A stretch of DNA of 64,000 bases from an uncultured Prevotellaceae bacterium (GTDB taxonomy: Bacteria > Bacteroidota > Bacteroidia > Bacteroidales > Bacteroidaceae). Position 1 is the first letter of the stretch; every line of letters starts with the position of its first letter. The notes beneath the pieces were generated by a model. That model worked only from the letters and a program-made list of their open reading frames with translations. It was not told the origin of the DNA and made no database searches. This document shows, one piece after another, positions 37,113 through 46,987 of this stretch. Position numbers and translations under genes: made by a program. Where the stretch lies: assembly GCA_900318585.1 (NCBI GenBank), contig ONKY01000033.1, positions 1,801 to 65,800 on the forward strand. The letters are read 5' to 3'.

Positions 37113-40100
37113 ATGAAAGCAAAAACCCTACATACCAGCATCCTCGTCACCATCCTCTCGTGGATGGCCGTATTCTCCCTTCCTTCTTTCGCCTACAACG
37201 TAGGAGACCAAATTTTGGCGAAGTCGAAAGAAGGGATTGAATTACGTTTCATAATCACCAGCCTCAGTCCCAAAGAATGTGAAGTTGGTAATTACGGTAG
37301 GGATGTCTCAGGCGTCCTTACCATCCCGGAGAATGTAGAAGGTTTTTCTATAACGAAAATCGCTGATGGTGGTTTCTCAGGATGTAGATATTTAACCTCC
37401 ATTATCATCCCAAAATCTGTAAAAAGCTTTGGTCATTCTGCATTCGATTACTGTTTAAGCTTGACTTCCATCACCATTCCCAATTCAGTGTCAAACATCG
37501 GAGAGTATGCTTTCTACAAATGTATAAGTCTAACCTCTATCGACATTCCAAACTCTGTAACAAGCATTGGAAATTCTGCTTTTTTTAGATGCAGCAACCT
37601 GACATCTGTCACTATTCCTAACTCCGTGACGAGCATCGGGGTAGGTGCCTTTCGACAATGTTTAAGTCTAAAAGAAGTGCGTTCGAAAATCAAGTCACCT
37701 TTCACCATTCGTGAGAGTACTTTTTCTACAGGTTTTTCCTTTGACGAGGAAACTGGTGTTAATGTCGAAGTTCTTTCCTCCGCTACCCTTTATGTTCCCA
37801 AAGGAACAAAAGAGCAATATCTGGCGACTGGAGGCTGGAAGAACTTTAATAAAATTGAGAACCATAATAACATTGTGGAAATTGAATATGAGGCAGCAGG
37901 TAAAATCACTTTCGTTGATCCAGAGGTTAAGAAAATCTGCATACGCAATTGGGACACCAGCTTAGACGGCAAATTATCGGAAACAGAAGCCGCAGCAGTG
38001 AAAGACTTAGGAAACGTATTCTGGAATAATAAAAACATTAAGTCGTTCAACGAACTGCAGTATTTCACAGGACTGAAAGCCATTGGGAAGGAGGCTTTCT
38101 GTATGTGCAGTGGTCTTACCTCCATCACCATCCCTAATTCCGTAACAACACTCGAAGTACAAGCATTCTATTCGTGCAGAGGTCTGACCTCCATCAGCAT
38201 CCCCAACAGCGTGACGAGCATCGAAGGGAATGCTTTCTTAAATTGTACCGGACTGACTTCCGTCACTATTCCCAACTCTGTGACGAGCATTGGAAACGGT
38301 GCTTTCATGGGATGCAGCGGCCTAACATCCGTCGCCATCCCCAACTCCATAACGAGTATAAGAGACGCTGCTTTCAAAGATTGTAGCGGCCTGACCTCCG
38401 TTTACATATCAGATTTGGAAGCGTGGTGTAAAATATCATTTAGTAATGAATACTCAAATCCCCTTTATTATGCACATCATTTGTATTTGAATGGAGAGGA
38501 AATCAAGCAACTGGTTATCCCCAACTCTGTGACGAGCATTGGAAGCATTGCTTTCGGAGGTTGCAGCGCCCTGACCTCCGTCACTATCCCCAACTCCGTG
38601 ACAAACATAGGAAGCTATGCTTTCTATGATTGCAGCGGTCTGACCTCTGTCACCATCCCCAACTCCGTGACGAGCATAGGAGACGGTGTTTTCTTGCGTT
38701 GCGCTGGCCTGACCGCCATCACCATCCCAAACTCCGTAACGAGAATAGAATCCAATGCTTTCAATAGTTGCAGCAGCCTAACCTCCATTACCATCCCCAA
38801 CTCCGTGACGAGCATCGGAAATTATGCTTTTGGAGATTGCAGCAATCTGCAGGAAATTCATTCTTTGATCGAGAAACCATTTGCCATACCTGAGAATGTA
38901 TTCAACACTTACGATGCCACCACCCTTCATGTTCCTGCGGGCACAAAAGCCAAATACCAGGCAACGGAAGGCTGGAAGAACTTTAAGAACATCGTGGAAG
39001 AAGGTGGAGAAACAGCGAAGATCATCACCTTCGCCGATGCCGAGGTGAAGCATCTCTGCGTTCAGAATTGGGATACCAATGGCGACGGTGAACTGTCGGA
39101 GGATGAGGCTGCGGCGGTGACGGATTTAGGAGAGGTGTTCAAGAATAATAAAACCATTAAGACATTCAACGAGCTACAGTATTTCACGGGGCTAACTACC
39201 ATTAGAAGCTATGCTTTCTATTATTGCAGCGGCCTGACCTCCATCACCATCCCCAACTCCGTGACGAGTCTCGGAAGGTCTGCTTTCTACAATTGCAGCA
39301 GCCTGACCTCCGTCACCATCCCCAACTCCGTGACGAGCATAGGAGACTATACTTTCTATAAGTGCAGCGGCCTGACCTCCGTCACCATCCCCAACTCCGT
39401 GACGAGCATCGGAAGGTCTGCTTTCGAAAATTGCAGCGGCCTGACCTCCGTCACCATCCCCAACTCCGTGACGAGCATCGGAAACTCTGCTTTCGAAAAT
39501 TGCAGCGGCCTGACCTCCGTCACCATCCCCAACTCCGTGACGAGCATCAGAAGCTATGCTTTCATAAATTGCAGCGGCCTGACCTCCGTCACCATCCCCA
39601 ACTCCGTGACGAGCATTGGTGGTAATGCTTTCTGGGAATGTGCAGGTATAGCCTCGATTATTGTGGAGGGAGGAAACCCTGCTTACGATTCCCGCAACAA
39701 CTGCAATGCTATCATCAATACTTCCAATAACGAACTGATTACAGGATGTAAGAATACAATCATTCCTAACACCGTGACGAGCATAGGAAGAGTTGCTTTC
39801 TATGGCTGTACCGGCCTGACCTCCATTACAATACCCAACAGCGTGACAAGCATAATAGAAAATGCTTTTGGGGGGTGCAGCGGCTTGCAAGAAGTCCATT
39901 CACTAATAGAGCAACCATTCGCCATTGATGAGAATGTGTTTGACACATACGACACCGCCACCCTGTATGTCCCCAAAGGCACAAAAGCCAAATACCAGGC
40001 AACGGACGGCTGGAAGAACTTCAAGACTATCATGCAGGAGGGAGGCGACCCCGATGATGTCACCCTGACCGCCAATAGCTACACCCGCGAATATGGTGAG

Positions 40101-41807
40101 GAGAATCCGACGTTCGGCTACGAGGTGACGAGCGGCACCATCACGTCAGGACAGCCGACGCTCAGCTGCTCAGCCACAAAGACTTCACCCGTAGGAACCT
40201 ACGACATCGTAATACAGACGGGAACGGTGAGCAACAAGACCGTGAACTTAGTGAAAGGCACGCTGACCATTACCAAGGCGCCACTGACCATCAGCGCAGG
40301 CAGCTACACGAAGGAAGAAGGTCAGGACAACCCGGAATTCACGCTGAACTACACAGGATTCAAGAACGGTGAGACGAAGAGCGTGCTGACCAAGCAGCCC
40401 ACCGTCAGCTGCAACGCCACGAAAGACAGCCCCGTCGGTACCTATACTGTCACCGTCAGCGATGCCGAGGCACAGAACTATCATATAAGTTATGTAAACG
40501 GCTCACTGACCATTACCCCCAAGCCCGTAGTCAGCAAGAACATCACCTTCGCAGATGCCGAAGTGAAGCGAATCTGCGTGCAAAACTGGGATACCAACGG
40601 CGACGGAGAGCTGTCGGAGGCAGAGGCAGCGGCTGTGACCGACTTGGGAACGGTGTTCAAGGACAACAAGGCCATCAGGACATTCCACGAGCTGAAATAC
40701 TTCACCAACCTGAACAGCATCAAAGATTACGCTTTCCAGGGCTGTAGCAACCTGACTGAGATGACCATCCCCGCCACCATCACCTCGGTGGGAGAGAATG
40801 CCTTCAACGATGCGGGTCTGCTGTCGCTCATCTGGGAGAGCAACACCATGCTCACCGCCAAACTGGTGGAGAGGCTGAAGGAAGCACGGCCCAACATCCT
40901 GATCTTCGTAAAAGACGAGGACGTGATGCCCAGCAAGGGCATAGACAACGTGGTGATAAATGGCGTGGCAGAAAGTTTAGTACTGACGGAGAACAGTCCG
41001 TTCCACAGCATCCAGACATTCACCGCCCAAAGTGCCACCTTCTCTCACCGCTTCACGATGGAGACTGGCAAGGGCGCGTCAGCGGGATGGGAGACCATCG
41101 CCCTGCCGTTCGACGTGCAGGTCTACCGTCACGAGTCAAAAGGCGAAGTCGTTCCGTTTGCCAAGTATACGGAGGGAAGCAAGGCCAAACCCTTCTGGCT
41201 CTACAGACTGACCAGCGGCGGCTTCGTGGAAGCGCAGGCAATAGAAGCCAACAAACCCTACCTCATCAGTATGCCGAACAACGCTTCCTACTACGATGAG
41301 GACTGCCTGAACGGCAAAGTGCAGTTCACCGCGAGCAGCGTCACCATCAAGCGGACGGACGAGGCAGAGATGACCAACGTGAGCTATGAGGGCAAGACGC
41401 TGAGGCCCACGTTTGCGGCAGTAGATAGGGGCAGCACCGTCTACGCCATCAACGCCACCGGCGACTTCTCAACTGCCACGGGCGGTGGGACGGCGGGCAG
41501 CCTCTTCGTCAGAGACCTGCGTGCTGTGCGTCCCTTCGAAGCCTACTTCGATAGCGGTTCGGCCAACGCCCGTGAGTTCATCACCATCAACTTCGCCGAT
41601 GAAACGGCTACCGGCATCGACTCAACATTCGACGTTCCACGTTCAATGGTCAATGGTCAACGTTCAATGGTCAATGTTTACAACATGGCTGGCCAACTCG
41701 TCTACTCCGGCAGCACCGAGGGGCTGAACGCAATGAAGCAGCAACTGCCCGCCGGCCTCTACGTGGTGAGCTCGCCCAATGGAGTCTCGCGCGTACGCGC
41801 GTATTAA
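37113..41807 (+). CDS. BspA-like leucine-rich-repeat (LRR_5) surface protein with MBG domains
   Basis: Many CSGLTSVTIPNSVTSIG..AF repeats; three DTNGDGELS-type modules; YTREYGEENP MBG-like domains; C-terminal module shared with 33617. Confidence 0.92.
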   Translation: MKAKTLHTSILVTILSWMAVFSLPSFAYNVGDQILAKSKEGIELRFIITSLSPKECEVGNYGRDVSGVLTIPENVEGFSITKIADGGFSGCRYLTSIIIPKSVKSFGHSAFDYCLSLTSITIPNSVSNIGEYAFYKCISLTSIDIPNSVTSIGNSAFFRCSNLTSVTIPNSVTSIGVGAFRQCLSLKEVRSKIKSPFTIRESTFSTGFSFDEETGVNVEVLSSATLYVPKGTKEQYLATGGWKNFNKIENHNNIVEIEYEAAGKITFVDPEVKKICIRNWDTSLDGKLSETEAAAVKDLGNVFWNNKNIKSFNELQYFTGLKAIGKEAFCMCSGLTSITIPNSVTTLEVQAFYSCRGLTSISIPNSVTSIEGNAFLNCTGLTSVTIPNSVTSIGNGAFMGCSGLTSVAIPNSITSIRDAAFKDCSGLTSVYISDLEAWCKISFSNEYSNPLYYAHHLYLNGEEIKQLVIPNSVTSIGSIAFGGCSALTSVTIPNSVTNIGSYAFYDCSGLTSVTIPNSVTSIGDGVFLRCAGLTAITIPNSVTRIESNAFNSCSSLTSITIPNSVTSIGNYAFGDCSNLQEIHSLIEKPFAIPENVFNTYDATTLHVPAGTKAKYQATEGWKNFKNIVEEGGETAKIITFADAEVKHLCVQNWDTNGDGELSEDEAAAVTDLGEVFKNNKTIKTFNELQYFTGLTTIRSYAFYYCSGLTSITIPNSVTSLGRSAFYNCSSLTSVTIPNSVTSIGDYTFYKCSGLTSVTIPNSVTSIGRSAFENCSGLTSVTIPNSVTSIGNSAFENCSGLTSVTIPNSVTSIRSYAFINCSGLTSVTIPNSVTSIGGNAFWECAGIASIIVEGGNPAYDSRNNCNAIINTSNNELITGCKNTIIPNTVTSIGRVAFYGCTGLTSITIPNSVTSIIENAFGGCSGLQEVHSLIEQPFAIDENVFDTYDTATLYVPKGTKAKYQATDGWKNFKTIMQEGGDPDDVTLTANSYTREYGEENPTFGYEVTSGTITSGQPTLSCSATKTSPVGTYDIVIQTGTVSNKTVNLVKGTLTITKAPLTISAGSYTKEEGQDNPEFTLNYTGFKNGETKSVLTKQPTVSCNATKDSPVGTYTVTVSDAEAQNYHISYVNGSLTITPKPVVSKNITFADAEVKRICVQNWDTNGDGELSEAEAAAVTDLGTVFKDNKAIRTFHELKYFTNLNSIKDYAFQGCSNLTEMTIPATITSVGENAFNDAGLLSLIWESNTMLTAKLVERLKEARPNILIFVKDEDVMPSKGIDNVVINGVAESLVLTENSPFHSIQTFTAQSATFSHRFTMETGKGASAGWETIALPFDVQVYRHESKGEVVPFAKYTEGSKAKPFWLYRLTSGGFVEAQAIEANKPYLISMPNNASYYDEDCLNGKVQFTASSVTIKRTDEAEMTNVSYEGKTLRPTFAAVDRGSTVYAINATGDFSTATGGGTAGSLFVRDLRAVRPFEAYFDSGSANAREFITINFADETATGIDSTFDVPRSMVNGQRSMVNVYNMAGQLVYSGSTEGLNAMKQQLPAGLYVVSSPNGVSRVRAY

Positions 41808-42223
41808 TGAAAGGGAACACGAAAACATCCCACCCATCCTACCCATCCGACACCCGCGTTAGGTGTAGGATGGGTAGGATGGGTGGGATAATTTGTATTA
41901 AACCATAATATTACGCACGCGTGCGCGAGAAAACGGACAAATTGTTTGATTGTGGCCCGGCATTCAGACACAGGTGTTTGATGTTCAGACACAGATGGGG
42001 CGATGCGAAAATCAGTAAAAATCAGCCCAACCCGTCAAATGAGTGTCTCAAAGCAGGAAGTCCGTGACGGTAAACCAGTGTATCAGGAAAAGTCAGAAAG
42101 TTGGTACTTCAGTTTTGTTCCACGGGGTGGAACAATCGTAAACCAGTGGTTTAGGATCGTAAACCACCGATTTAGAATCGTAAACCAGTGGTTTAGAATC
42201 GCAAACCACTGGTTTAGGATTGC
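41785..42223. repeat. Composite palindromic element, copy 2
   Basis: 28-bp arms 41827-41854/41862-41889 (1 mismatch); aaacggacaaattgtttgat 41931-41950; hairpin 42115-42135; 21-mers at 42140, 42161, 42182, 42203. Confidence 0.85.
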
Positions 42224-43026
42224 TCACTCTCCACGAGGTTTGTCAATTGTATGAACTCCGGGATGGAAAGTTGTTCGGGGCGCTTGGTCAGGAAGTCGGC
42301 GTGGGTGACGAATATGGGGGCGTCAGCAGGGAGCAGCTGGCGAAGGGAGACGCGGAGCATCTTGCGACGCTGGCCGAACACGGTCTTGACCACGCGGCGG
42401 AAGAGTTGCTCGTCGCAGCCGAGGTCGGTGACCTGGTTGCGCGTCATGCGGATGACGGCACTCTGCACTTTGGGCGGCGGATTGAAGACGGAGGGTTCGA
42501 CGGTGAAGAGATACTCTACGTCGTAGAATGCCTGAATGAGTACGGAGAGAATGCCATACTGCTTGTTGCCCGGCTGGGAGGCCATGCGCAGCGCCACCTC
42601 ATGCTGGATCATGCCCGTGCAGCAGGGTATCAGGTCCTTATTGTCAAGCATCTTGAAGAATATCTGCGAGGAAATGTCGTAAGGATAGTTGCCCGTCAGG
42701 ACGAACTGCCCGCCGCTGAACAGCTGCGAGAGGTCCATGCGCAGGAAGTCACCCTCGATAATCTGCGGAGCGGCGGCAGCATTTTCCCCCTCAGCAAACT
42801 GCGGGAAATGGGCACGCAGGTAAGATACTGACTCCCGGTCGATTTCCACAACTTTCAGCTGACGCGGTTTCTCCAACAGATACTGGGTCATCACCCCCAT
42901 GCCCGGCCCTACCTCTAACACGGGAAGTTGAGGACAGGCATCCACAGTATCAGCGATGCGGCGGGCGATAGACAGGTCAACAAGGAAATGCTGGCCCAGG
43001 TTTTTCTTCGGTCTTACTTGCTTCAT
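42214..43026 (-). CDS. rsmA: 16S rRNA dimethyladenosine transferase KsgA
   Basis: KKNLGQHFL, LEVGPGMG, VEID, GNYPYDIS, FNPPPKVQSAV, QRRKML. Confidence 0.97.
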   Translation of the reverse strand: MKQVRPKKNLGQHFLVDLSIARRIADTVDACPQLPVLEVGPGMGVMTQYLLEKPRQLKVVEIDRESVSYLRAHFPQFAEGENAAAAPQIIEGDFLRMDLSQLFSGGQFVLTGNYPYDISSQIFFKMLDNKDLIPCCTGMIQHEVALRMASQPGNKQYGILSVLIQAFYDVEYLFTVEPSVFNPPPKVQSAVIRMTRNQVTDLGCDEQLFRRVVKTVFGQRRKMLRVSLRQLLPADAPIFVTHADFLTKRPEQLSIPEFIQLTNLVESEQS

Positions 43027-43031
43027 GGCTA

Positions 43032-43122
43032 CAAAGGTACTATTTCTTTCACTCTTTTTTCATTGGAATTATGATTTTTTAATAAAAATATTTGGAGTTA
43101 TCAACTTTTATTTATACCTTTG
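43032..43122. promoter_or_regulatory. Divergent promoters for rsmA and the kinase cluster
   Basis: Minus TACCTTTG 43039-43032; plus -33 TTTG 43091-43094 and -7 TACCTTTG 43115-43122. Confidence 0.7.
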
Positions 43123-43296
43123 CAAAATCTACTGCAGTCTCTTTTGTAAGAAAAGGAGCAAGCAGCAAAGCAGGAAAAGCGATTCGTACAGCGAACGGAC
43201 ACCTTCGCCGCTTCTGTGTATGCACACCAATCGGAAACAATCATTATCCTGCAAGGGGTGTCGGCGGGAGAAAAAAGCTATAGAGCTTCTAAGAAA

Positions 43297-45021
43297 ATGC
43301 TGAAAGAAGGCCAGATATTCGGAGAAAAGGAGAGGTACATGCTTGTCAGGCTACTTGGCCGCGGCAGCTTTGCTGAGGTTTGGCTGGCTGATGACACTTG
43401 GACAAAGATTCAGGTGGCCATCAAGATCTACGCCCCGGGCACCGGCTTGGACGATGACGGCATCAAGATTTTCACACAGGAATTCTCGATGGTGTTCGAC
43501 ATGAACCACACGAACCTCCTGAAACCCACCTACTTTGACAGCTGGGAACGTCAGCCCTACCTGATTATGCCACTGTGCAAGAATGGCTCTGCCTTCAAAT
43601 ATGTGACCGGCAAGGAACATATCACCGAGAAAGAGGCCTGGAAGATGCTGCACGACGTAGCTGCCGGACTGGCCTACCTGCATAGCAAGAAACCGCCCGT
43701 CATCCATCAGGACATCAAGCCCGACAATATCCTCATCAGCGACGAGGGACGCTACATGATTACCGACTTCGGTATAAGTGCCCGCGCGCGCAACACCATC
43801 CGTGGCGGGGCTCAGGAGCAGAGCGGCGGCACACTGGCCTACATGGGGCCGGAGCGCTTCAGTTCCACGCCAATACCCATCATGGCCAGCGACGTCTGGT
43901 CGTTAGGTGCCATGATGTATGAGATTATGACAGCCGGGAACCCACCCTTCGGCAACTACGGAGGCGTGACCCAGAAGAACGGGGCCGACATCCCCATCAT
44001 GGAAGAAAATTTCTCGGAAGAGCTGAAGAGCATCGTCTACAGCTGTCTGGCCAAGGAGACGTGGGAACGCCCATCGGCACAGGCCATTGAGGAGATGACC
44101 TACAACCACCTGCACGGCATCAACGTAGGCACCGTTCCCCTCACGGGAATGCAAGTAAAGACGGAGCCACAGCCTGCACCGCAGTCGCAATCGCAGCCGC
44201 AGCCTGTTCCCCAGCCACAACCGCAACCAGCGCCCCAGCCGGCATCGCAGCCGACACCGCAGCCAGTACCCCAGCCAAAGCAGGAGCCTGCCCCTAAGGT
44301 GGAACCAAAGCCTGCGAAGCAGCAGAAGCAGAAGCCTCAGCCAGCGCCCAAGGCTGCCCCTCAGCCGGAGCCGCAAGCCCAACAGATAGCGAAGAAGTCG
44401 CAGCCGCTGAATGCAAATCCTGTGGCAGACATCGTGGACAAATTCAAGAAGATGCCGCGTAACCTTCAGATTGGCATCGGTGCCGGCATTGTTGCCCTGT
44501 TGCTGATTATCGGGCTGGTAGCTTTCTGCAGCGGAGGCGGTGACCAGGCAGAGGAGCCGGTCGTTGAGACGTTGGCGCCACAGGTGAATTTGGACTCCAT
44601 TGCCCAGAGCAAGCTAATCATGGCCAATGAGTACGCCCAGAAGGCAGCCGACCACCAGGCTAAATACAGTGAGGAGCTGCTGAACCCTGAGAATGGAAAG
44701 ATAGAGGAATACTACATAGAAGTTATCAATAAGTGCAAGGAATATGATACTGAGGCGGAAGCTGCCGCTGGCTCTGCACTGACGAACGCCAGTCTGGGCA
44801 AGCAGCTGAACGCACTCAAGACAAATGCAGAGAGCCAGCTCTACAGCATCTATGTCATGCTGGAGCAGGACATCAAAGCTTTCACGCAGTTAGGATCAAA
44901 GGAAACGGCTGACCTCTACCAAGAGCGTGCCGACGCCATCCGTCCCTACATTGAGAAACTTATAGAAACAACAACATCCGAAACTAAACAAACAGAACTA
45001 ACAGAACAGACAGAAGAATGA
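43297..45021 (+). CDS. Membrane Ser/Thr kinase 1 (non-RD), PQ-rich linker, TM, helical extracytoplasmic domain
   Basis: GRGSFAEV, VAIK, HQDIKPDN, DFG, YMGPE; TM IGIGAGIVALLLIIGLVAF. Start placed at MLKEG. Confidence 0.92.
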   Translation: MLKEGQIFGEKERYMLVRLLGRGSFAEVWLADDTWTKIQVAIKIYAPGTGLDDDGIKIFTQEFSMVFDMNHTNLLKPTYFDSWERQPYLIMPLCKNGSAFKYVTGKEHITEKEAWKMLHDVAAGLAYLHSKKPPVIHQDIKPDNILISDEGRYMITDFGISARARNTIRGGAQEQSGGTLAYMGPERFSSTPIPIMASDVWSLGAMMYEIMTAGNPPFGNYGGVTQKNGADIPIMEENFSEELKSIVYSCLAKETWERPSAQAIEEMTYNHLHGINVGTVPLTGMQVKTEPQPAPQSQSQPQPVPQPQPQPAPQPASQPTPQPVPQPKQEPAPKVEPKPAKQQKQKPQPAPKAAPQPEPQAQQIAKKSQPLNANPVADIVDKFKKMPRNLQIGIGAGIVALLLIIGLVAFCSGGGDQAEEPVVETLAPQVNLDSIAQSKLIMANEYAQKAADHQAKYSEELLNPENGKIEEYYIEVINKCKEYDTEAEAAAGSALTNASLGKQLNALKTNAESQLYSIYVMLEQDIKAFTQLGSKETADLYQERADAIRPYIEKLIETTTSETKQTELTEQTEE

Positions 45022-45893
45022 GAAGCCTGATCAAGATACTGCTGCTGACTCTCATGCTTTGCCTGACGCCAGCAGCCAACACGTTTGCACAGAGCGCCGC
45101 GTCGAAATACGACGAGGGTGTGGCTCTGTATAACAAAGGGAACTATCAGGGCGCCATCAAACTCTTCAACGAGTCCATGATTCTGAACAAGAGCGCGGCC
45201 AACAAGAAGAAGTGCCAGGCCATGATAGCCAAATGCAACAAAGCCAGCAAAGCCAAGAAAAGTGAAGCGCAGGTCAAGAGCAAGCCTGTCGTCAGCGACA
45301 AGGTGACGCTGGAACGCGACGCAATCTATTTCGACGGACATGCTGCCGGAGCAGAGGTGATTGGCGTGAAGGCAGCAGGAGGATGGAAGGCTGAACTGGA
45401 GCACGAGGCCGACGGTTCCTGGTGCAGTATTGAACCCAAAGACGACGGAAACTTCCTGATTGTCAAGACAACGGCATCCAACCTGACCGTCTACAGGACG
45501 GCTAGCATAAAAGTTATCTCGGACAAGAACAGCCGCGAGGTGAAGAACCTCTTGGTTACCCAGGGGCCGGCAAGGAACGCAACACTCTCTGTCAGCAAAG
45601 AAGAGATCAAGAACATCAACCGCGCAGGCGACGAACAGGTGATTTCCATCAACTGCCAGTCGGACACGTTGCTGGCTGACGGCCGCAACTGGTTCATCAC
45701 AAAGGCGCCGTCATGGGTAAAGTTCCTCTCAACCAAGAAGCTGGGAAGGAAAGAGCGCACGGGCATCACCATGAACGAGCTCTCGATGCAGTTTGAAGCC
45801 AATCCGACCAAGGAAGAGCGAATCGGCTATATCGTCGTCAGAAGCCAAGATGCTGAGCGCCACATCAAGCTCATCCAGAAGAAGGGCAAATAA
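45018..45893 (+). CDS. Exported TPR-like + BACON-like protein
   Basis: Signal peptide, YDEGVALYNKGNYQGAIKLF, two W..W..N....R..I...Q modules. Confidence 0.7.
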   Translation: MRSLIKILLLTLMLCLTPAANTFAQSAASKYDEGVALYNKGNYQGAIKLFNESMILNKSAANKKKCQAMIAKCNKASKAKKSEAQVKSKPVVSDKVTLERDAIYFDGHAAGAEVIGVKAAGGWKAELEHEADGSWCSIEPKDDGNFLIVKTTASNLTVYRTASIKVISDKNSREVKNLLVTQGPARNATLSVSKEEIKNINRAGDEQVISINCQSDTLLADGRNWFITKAPSWVKFLSTKKLGRKERTGITMNELSMQFEANPTKEERIGYIVVRSQDAERHIKLIQKKGK

Positions 45894-45943
45894 GGAATCA
45901 TACTGACAATTATACTAAATACTAATAATAAAACCAAAAGACT

Positions 45944-46969
45944 ATGAGATGCAACAACTGTGGATGGGACAATGATCCAGGTGCCACCACCTGCGTGAAA
46001 TGCGGACACGCCATCCAAGGCGGCGGAGGTTACGCTGCAGATCCGTATCAAGGAGTAAACGTGCCCAACTACGGCGGAGGTGACTCACCACTGCCCAAAG
46101 CTACCGTCATTGGAGCAGCAGGAATGGGTGGAGGAGTACCTGCCATGGGTGGTAATGCACCCTTGCCTAAGGCTACTGTCATCGGAGCAGCCGGAATGGG
46201 CGGAGGAGTGCCTGTCATGGACGGTAACGCCCCACTGCCTAAGGCTACCGTCATCGGAGCAGCCGGAATGGGCGGTATGAGGGAACAGGCCCCACGCCCC
46301 ACTGTCATCGGAGCAGCAGGCGTAGCAGCAGCCCAGATGGCTCAAGCCATGCAAGCTCCCCAGCCGAACGTCGTCCCCGAGGGAACACGTCCCTGCCCAC
46401 AGTGCGGCTATCCTGTCATGAACGAATTCAACAGCTGTCCGAGCTGTGGCGCTCCTATCAATGCTGCTAACAAACCTAAGGAGAAACCCAAGGCCAAGCC
46501 GGCAGGCGTCAAGACGGAAGTGCCCAAGGCCGAGATTGACATAGATGAGAAGGTTACCTGCCAGAAATGCGGCTGCGAAGTACCTATCGACTTCAAGTTC
46601 TGCCCCAAGTGCGGCGAACGCATACACCTGCCGACCATCAGAGTGAAGCGCCACAAGCAAGCTCCGCCTCCTCCTGCTCCGAAATGCTCACTGACCATCA
46701 TTCCTGAGGAAGATGAACAGACTGAGGCAACGAAGAACAGCTACGAGGGAACTACTGTGATGCTGAACCGCGAGAACACAGAGAACTCCAACCGTACCAT
46801 CACCTCGAAGGAACAGGCACAGCTTAGCTACGAAGACGGGAAATGGTTTATCCAGAACAGTAGCGAACTGCACTCAACATACTTGGAGGCTAACCGTCCC
46901 TTGGAGATACAGCCCGGTGATGTCATCCTGTTAGGAGACCGCCGCTTCAAGTTCGAGACAGAGTCATAA
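45944..46969 (+). CDS. Zinc-ribbon (3 double CxxC) + TVIG repeats + degenerate FHA protein
   Basis: CNNC/CVKC, CPQC/CPSC, CQKC/CPKC; C-terminal ..GKWFIQ..IQPGDVILLGD FHA-like fold. Confidence 0.8.
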   Translation: MRCNNCGWDNDPGATTCVKCGHAIQGGGGYAADPYQGVNVPNYGGGDSPLPKATVIGAAGMGGGVPAMGGNAPLPKATVIGAAGMGGGVPVMDGNAPLPKATVIGAAGMGGMREQAPRPTVIGAAGVAAAQMAQAMQAPQPNVVPEGTRPCPQCGYPVMNEFNSCPSCGAPINAANKPKEKPKAKPAGVKTEVPKAEIDIDEKVTCQKCGCEVPIDFKFCPKCGERIHLPTIRVKRHKQAPPPPAPKCSLTIIPEEDEQTEATKNSYEGTTVMLNRENTENSNRTITSKEQAQLSYEDGKWFIQNSSELHSTYLEANRPLEIQPGDVILLGDRRFKFETES

Positions 46970-46987
46970 TTACCACAAACAGGTGCT

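Noticed and set aside
37113-41807. Diversity-generating retroelement acting on the LRR repeats
   Set aside because: No reverse transcriptase or template repeat in the window; variation is not adenine-specific.
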